64,000 nt of DNA, taken from contig NC_087458.1 of assembly GCF_036321535.1 (NCBI RefSeq), positions 1,736,001 to 1,800,000 on the forward strand, read 5' to 3'. The notes under the pieces were generated by a model. It saw only the letters and a program-made list of their open reading frames with translations, made no database searches and had not been told where the DNA came from. This DNA comes from Camelus dromedarius (Eukaryota). Positions 57,601 to 64,000 of the stretch are shown piece after piece (the first letter of the stretch is position 1; the number at the start of each line of letters is the position of its first letter). Made by a program: the position numbers and the translations under genes.

Positions 57601-58459
57601 CACAACATGGTTTTCTGAACACTTGCGTCTCTCAAAATGCCTGCTTGCTCCCTGGGGAGGATAAAAAGTACCCCATCCAGTGTGTGCTCCTGGTGCCCAC
57701 CGCCCAGGGGCGGGCTGCGCACCCAGCCTTGAAGCCTTTACTGGCCGCCCCGCCAGCCTCGGCTGAGTGCCACACGCCAGCAGCAAGGCAGGGTGTCCCC
57801 AGGCTTCTGGACCTCCGGGACCCGGAGGCACAACCATCTCTGGTTTTAGTAGAAGGGAAAGCAGACACCGCATGTGGCATCACACCACCTCTTCCAGGAA
57901 GCTGCTGTGTGTCCAGCCCCTCAAGATGAGAGCAGGCCCCCCCACCCCTGAGCCACTTCCCTCCAGGCCTGACTGCACACTTGCGTCATCTGAGGAGATG
58001 GTTTCCAACACAGACCCCCAGGCCCCTCCCCAGTCAGTCTAGACTTCTGGGGTGGGGTCCCAGCGGCTCCCACTGGTCTGCTGTGCAGCCGGGGCCGAAA
58101 GCCTTCGTCCATGCTGTGCTTCCCCGACTCTGGTCTGCACCTGCTCCGTCCTCTGCCGAGGCGTCTCACCGCCCCCGCCAGGCCGTCCGCACGGCGTCCG
58201 CAGCACCCAGCTCTGAGCCGTCCGCATGGGCTCGCTGCTCTGCCCGCCCCACCAGACTGCACACTCCCCGGGTCCGGACCTGCGTCTCATTTGCCGTGTG
58301 TCCCCAGTGCCCAGCACGGAGTAAGTTCTCGTTAAACGTGTGTGTGACCGCACAGCCAGCCAGGTGGAATCCAGAGCACCTGGCACCTAACCCCGTTTCT
58401 TCACAACCTCATCCAGCCCCGAGGACCCCGGCCTGGTCCTCAGCCTCCTGCCCCCATCT

Positions 58460-58776
58460 GCCACAGCCGTTTCCTTGCCCCTTCCAGTTTCCGATGGCTG
58501 TCGTCTTTCCTTAGCTTGTGGCCTCATCACTCAACCTTTGCCTCCATGACCACATGGCTTGTACTCCAAACTGTGTAAAATCTCCCCCTTCCCTCCCTTT
58601 CAGGACACGTGTGATTGCACTGGGACCTACCCAGATCATCCAGCAGAATCTCCCCACTCAAAATGCTTGATTTAATCACCTCTGAACAGTCCTGCTTTGC
58701 CCACATAAGCGAACGTTCCTAGGTGCCCAGGGTTAGGCCACGGCTGTCTTTGGAGAGCGTCGTTCAGCCCACCACA
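58460..58776 (-). mobile_element. MLT1(B-D)-type MaLR LTR
   Basis: ccttagcttgtggcctcatcactc...ggacacgtgtgattgcactgggacctaccc...ttcagcccaccaca. Confidence 0.85.
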
Positions 58777-58857
58777 CTGCCCGTGAGGTGGGTCAAGTCA
58801 CGCCTGACCCACGGCCGCTGCTTCGTGAATGTGAGCTGCCTCGATAATAATTACTGT

Positions 58858-58990
58858 GAATTTCTTCTATGCGGCACAGGGAACGGTGTTTGAAACCTTG
58901 TAATAACCTTCAATGAAAAAAAATGAAAACAAATACATGTATGTACATGCATGACTGGGACAGTGTTATTGACTGTACTTGAATTAAAAA
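58858..58990 (+). mobile_element. Short L1 3' terminal fragment
   Basis: gcacagggaacggtgtttgaaaccttgtaataacc...atgtatgtacatgcatgactgggac...tgactgtacttgaattaaaaa. Confidence 0.85.
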
Positions 58991-60409
58991 TGACAATGCT
59001 ACTAGTTATCTAACACTGTACCGGAGGTGGCTGGGAGCACGTAAGAAGGGACAGAAGTTGCTGCTCATCCCTCTGAGACTAGAAGACAGAATCACCGCTG
59101 TCTCGCACGTTTGTTTGGGAAACACACGCGTCTGCTGTTTTTCTGGCTGACCACCCCCCCCAACTTTTTTGTGGCCACGGACCCTGTGGTCACTTCCCTA
59201 AAAGGGTCAGTCAACACAGTTTACTGAGAAACCTAATTTGGAGGAACTGTCGCTTCAGCGTTGGAGGAAAGGCAGAGCCAGAGGCGGCAGCCATTGTGGT
59301 ATTATTAAAAGTCAAGAGAATCTGAACCAGCAAATGCTGAGGAGGAGGAAGGGAGCCCACTTCCAAGCAAGCTGCTGGACACCAGGGAGACCTCGTCTCG
59401 TGCCAAGACCCAGGAGCCTTCCCAGGACAAGGCCCTTGAGTTGCTGATTAAAATGCCATCTGGTTTCTGCCCTATCTCTGACCTAAAAAAATAAAAAAAA
59501 ACACTTTGAGAGATGTAAGTGGGAGTGGAGGAAAGGATAAGGAGGACTTCTGGGAAAATTGCACGTGTTTTTCGATGTATTTTTTGGTCACTTTAGAGTA
59601 AACTCATTAACCCCTCAGATGCTGGAATAAATTTCCTTGCTTTTCAGATTCAAATGAACGCCAGTGACAGATGCGTCGCTGGGAAACTGTAGTAGGGCTG
59701 GATGTGAAAGATGGTGCCAAGTTTCTCTGATGTGATAACGGCATTGGGATTCCAGAGGAGAAGGTCTAATGTCTTTGTGTGTGGTCTGTGAACACACCTG
59801 CAAGCTTACTCTCAAACGGATCAACAAAAACACAAGCATAAACGCAGACCCCTAAAGCAGCTCTGGCAGAGTGCTGACAGCTGTTGAATGTGGGTGGTGG
59901 GGAAATACTGGCGCTCATCGCTCTTAATTTACCTGTTTGAAAATTTTTCATAGTAAAAAGTTGTGGGGGGCGTGCAAAAGGAAAGATGGTTAAGTGAAGC
60001 AAAAAGAATTCCACTGATCATTTTGCCAAGACTCAACTGGATGGACTGGAGGGACCATCCGAGGTGAAGGAAGCCCTCAGAGAACGGAGGCTCATGGGGA
60101 CAAAGACCGAAGCCTGGGCTTCTGGGCAAGGGACCGAAGTGGGAGATGGGAAAGGGAGAGAACGCTGGGCACCGGCTGAGCCGCAGCCGGAACGCCGGTG
60201 GGGCGGTGGGGGGTCGCGGGCTGCAGCTCAGGACGTGAGATGCCAGCCAAGGACGTGTTAAATGTTGATCCGTGGCAGGGGCCGGGTGGGCTTCTGAGAG
60301 TTTCAAAGGCAGCTGCTCTGGGTCTGCTCTGTCTGGGGAGTCTGCTCTGTCCGTCTTCATTCAGAAGAACAGGGAGACCTGGATTTCCAGAGGAAAAAGC
60401 CCCACAGGC

Positions 60410-60856
60410 TCCTGGAATCACGGTCATTTAAGCTGACTACCCTCAGCCTCCCACCCGCTATGATTAGTCTCGGTCAGCCATCAATCGCGTCCCTCCAGTG
60501 CGACTGGTTCCGGAGTGAGCATGTGACCCAGTCCTGGCCAGTGAAGTGTAAGGCGGTGTCGGTCGGCCAGGGGCCTCCTGGGAGGTCTCCTCGCCTCCGG
60601 GGAGTACCACGGAGGGGGTGGATTCTGTCATCTGAACGGGACGCTTGGAACCACTGCTGCCGTCTCGTGACCAGCCCGAGGACAAAGCCTACGTCAAGGT
60701 TGGCAGAACAGGGGGATGGAAAGGACCTGGCTCCTTGAGGGCAGCCCTGAGCCTTGGGACCAGCCAGCCCTGAAGCCTCCCCATAACTCGCTGTTATGTT
60801 AAATCACAAACGTCCTTATTCTGGAAGCTTGCTGGAGTCCATGCCTGCTACTGATA
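60410..60856 (+). mobile_element. MLT1(J/K)-type MaLR LTR
   Basis: gagtgagcatgtgacccagtcctggccagtgaagtgtaag...tggcagaacagggggatggaaaggacctggctccttga...aaacgtccttatt. Confidence 0.8.
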
Positions 60857-62149
60857 CGGACCAGGAAGCTGACCCAGTGCTGCCTTTGCTTGAGTTAGGA
60901 AAGCTGTCCCTTCCCAGCCTGAGGGGCAGGATGCAGCTGGCTTCCAACCCCAACTTGCCCTGACTCTGGGAGCCCACACTCAGTGAACACCCACACCGCG
61001 GTCATGGAGGACACCTGGCAAGGCCCGCCGCAGAAGCCCCAGGGCCCGCCTGCCAGGCCGGCCCACCAGCAGAGAGCTCACGCCCTCCATTTCTGGAGGG
61101 CTCTGGCCTCCGAGAAGTTCGGGGGGACGTGAGGGTGAGTGTGGCCCCCAGCTGCTTCTCAAGCAGCCATCCATGTAGACTTTGTTTGAACAAGTCACAT
61201 TGCTTCGATTCTTGTTCGAAGTGCCATTTAAGCGTTGCTTCAAACCCCACCCCCACTTCCTTCCCAACCAGAGTGACCCTTGAGCAGCCCTCAATGGAAA
61301 TCCTGGAGGCGGGGCTGCTGCTCCCCCTTCCGCCTGCCCCCACCCAGCCCAAAGGTGCCAAGGGGAAAGTCCAGGTGGCCGCCTGCTCTCAGCTCAGCCG
61401 AGGACCCACAGGTGTGTGGGTGGGTACAAGTTTCCCACGAAATGTCGTCAGGAGCCAGATGTTTCCAGAGCGGATCCAAGCCCCAGCCCTGCTGGCCTCT
61501 CACAGGACTTGGGTTCTGTGACCTGGGAAGTACGAGGGCATGGGCATCGGTGGGGCAGACCCAAGGGACGTGGGGACAGATGGGTTCAAGGGCCAGGGGA
61601 GTGTTTTGGTCTCGACCCCTGGGGCTCCATGCAGGAGGTGGCCAGGCCCTCAACTTCTGTTTCGCATCTGAAAAGGAGACGGGGTGATTTCCACTGGGGA
61701 GTGCGCTGGGCTGCGAGGGTCCTGCTCAGGCTCCTGGAGGACCCAGATGTGGACCAGGCGACGGGGACAGTTGGATACAGGCTCTGACTGCTCCAGGTGT
61801 GCGACCTGCAGCAAGTGACTGTACCCCTCTGGTCCATGAAACAGGGGTAACTGTAGCTCCCTCCTGGGGCTTTCAGCAGGACTTAACACGCAGAGCACTT
61901 GACATACCCCCAGCACCCAGTCGACATCAGTTAGTCTAGTTATTGGTCAGAACGCACATTACTTCACAGTTTGCAAAGCCCTTCCATAGCTGCTGGCTCA
62001 TCTCCCTGAAGAACTGTGGCTCTGGCTCAGAAGGCAGAGCAGCCCCCTGAAGCAGGAGTTCGGCTAACCCCCAGCCCGTCTCCTTTTCCTGCAGCCTCCG
62101 GAACCCTCGGCACAAACCCCGAAAGCCGAGAGTCACCAGGGGCGAGTTT

Positions 62150-62560
62150 CAGTGTTGATACTAGCTCGCCGGGTGACTTGGGGCAAGTCACTTCCCCTTT
62201 CTGTTCCCAGTTTCTTCATCTGAAAAGTTAAAAGCTGGACCAATCCCAGAGTCCCTTTGCCCTCAACGTGCTGAGATTTCTGCGAGATCTGATGTCCGTC
62301 GCTTTCATTGTTTGTAATACTATGTGCCTTTTCTGTGCTAGACACAAGCTATTGTTGTATTATTATATAGTATATCAATATATGATTTCCAATCCTCACA
62401 GCAAACCTTGGGAAGTGGGCCATTTTATCCCTAATGTACAGATGGGGAAACTGAGGCTCAGAGAGGGGAAGGGACTTCCTCAAGGCCACACAGCAAGTGG
62501 GTAGAAGAGATGGGATTTGAAGCCACATTGGTCAGATTCCAAACTCAACCTTTTACCATA
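62150..62560. mobile_element. Two MIR fragments (62150-62230 +, 62330-62560 -)
   Basis: gtgacttggggcaagtcacttcc; tacagatggggaaactgaggctcagagaggggaagggacttcctcaaggccacacagc. Confidence 0.88.
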
Positions 62561-63355
62561 AATTGCCTTCATTTCAACCCCTCCATGGCCCAGTGAGCTT
62601 CTGGGTAAATGACCAGACTTTCCCTCGGTTGACCACCTTGGAACTGGGCGGTGTTGGTGAGATCAGGAAGACCAGAGCGAAGGTGGAAATGACAGTCAAA
62701 GCCCCCCACCACCACGGGGAGAAGCCCTCTGTGGACCCAGCCCCGATTCGTCCCATGGACATCCACTGTGCACCTGTGCTGTGCCGGTCCTGGGCCAGGT
62801 GTGCGGTTACCAGGAATCCAGAAGCCCCTGAAGTCACCAGACATCTGCCAAGCCACGTGATGAGACCTGGGAAAGTCCAGAAGACTCCAGCTGCGTCTTG
62901 CTTTCCATTGCAGCTTCCTTGGCTCCCCTCCTCATGAGGCCGTGAGCACACAGGGGTCCCCCCCACCCCAGGAGCACCCATAGACATCTCGCTCACTCCT
63001 GCAGCACCTGGAATAACACTGGTGCGGGGCCAGGGTTCAGTCAATGGCTCCTTAATTAGCTGGTGAAGAAGTGAAGATGAGGAGATCAGTGGGTAAAACA
63101 CTCAGATGGAGAGCTTGTCTGTGGCTGTGGTGCCCACGGCGAGGCTTTGTTCACACCAGTCTGGAGAAGTTGGCACGCAGCGTGCGGATGAAGAACCCGC
63201 TTGTTTGCAGGTCAGGAGCTGGGCTCTAGTACTGGCTTCGTTACTGATTTCCTGAGAGACTTGTAACCAATGCTCCCACCTCTCCAGCCTCTTAGACCCG
63301 TGCTTTCTGTCCACACAGAAATCTGAGTTCACTCCCACGAGGTCTGCAGGACCCG

Positions 63356-63518
63356 TGCCGTGTGGAAGCCAGCTCGCACCAGCCTGTGACAGCCAACTGT
63401 GCTCAGGGACGTCGCATTGGCAGTTTAAATCAGCTGTAGTGGGAGCATTTACACCACAGAAGTTGGCAAGTGCCTTTTTCTTTCTGGAGAGCCGGAAGTT
63501 TTAGCAGCTAACCACTTG
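63356..63518 (+). mobile_element. MER63-type (hAT-Blackjack) MITE
   Basis: ggaagccagctcgcacc...tttaaatcagctgtagtgggagcatttacaccacagaagttggcaa...ggagagccgg. Confidence 0.75.
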
Positions 63519-63789
63519 AAATGGGCCCACTTTCTTGGAAGTATCAGGTCTTATCTTTACAATTCCTGTGCATTTTGCAATTATTTCAGAAAACATTATT
63601 TTTCATTCCAGTAAATCACTTTAATGATTGTAACGTCGTACTTTATTCCCTCTCCCCAAAGAGTATATTGTAACGTGTGCTTCAGGGGGATGGCTGTGTT
63701 TGTCCTGTGTCTTGGGGCGCCCCTGCCTGCAACTGGATGTTGCAGTTTAAAAAGCAGCGTACAGGGGAGGGAGGGGCGGGTGGGCGGAG

Positions 63790-64000
63790 CAGAGGGGGTT
63801 TTTAGGGCAGTGAAGCTACTCCGTGACACTCTAATGGCGGATACCTGCCCTTTTATGTTTGACCAGACCCAGAGAAGGCACCAGACCAAGACTGAACCCA
63901 AATGTCGACCATGACTTTGGGCGGTGATGACATTTCGAACGTGCGACTCCAGTGGGCGTGTTGATGGTTGGGGGACACTGTGGGGAGACTGCAGGGGGCA
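63790..64000 (+). mobile_element. L1M 3' UTR fragment running off the window end
   Basis: tttttagggcagtgaagctactccgtgacactctaatggcggatac...gactgaacccaaatgtcgaccatgactttggg. Confidence 0.8.

Overview
Mammalian non-coding genomic DNA, GC-rich and dense in repeats. It is most likely from a camelid (camel/alpaca/llama): it carries two tRNA-derived SINEs of the Vic-1 type and artiodactyl-type L1 3' ends, and I saw no Alu, B1, Bov-tA or PRE-1 elements. I could not recognise any host protein-coding exon or RNA gene. The only ORF-track peptides I can assign are LINE-1 ORF2 remnants; the rest look like chance ORFs in GC-rich sequence. The window is a patchwork of MIR, L2, old L1M, young L1, MLT1 LTRs and hAT DNA transposons (MER33/Charlie1, MER5, MER63), with three N blocks inside young L1 copies. 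Between the repeats are four promoter-like CpG-rich islands (~3.3-3.6, 18.5-18.9, 23.7-23.9 and 33.2-33.4 kb) and several tight transcription-factor motif clusters. The most notable observations are: (i) a complete GT-AG three-exon lncRNA model with a canonical poly(A) signal starting from the 23.8-kb island; (ii) a four-unit, 6-bp-phased IRF/ISRE array at 48344, with two further IRF arrays elsewhere; (iii) a ~130-bp copy of a nearby microsatellite-bearing MIR sitting between perfect 18-bp direct repeats; (iv) a twin-primed 5'-inverted L1 with its target-site duplication (TSD); (v) a candidate 31-nt microexon. I found no convincing evidence of a new biological system. All regulatory and exon calls are motif-based hypotheses, repeat subfamily names are from remembered consensus sequences, and old-repeat boundaries are approximate.
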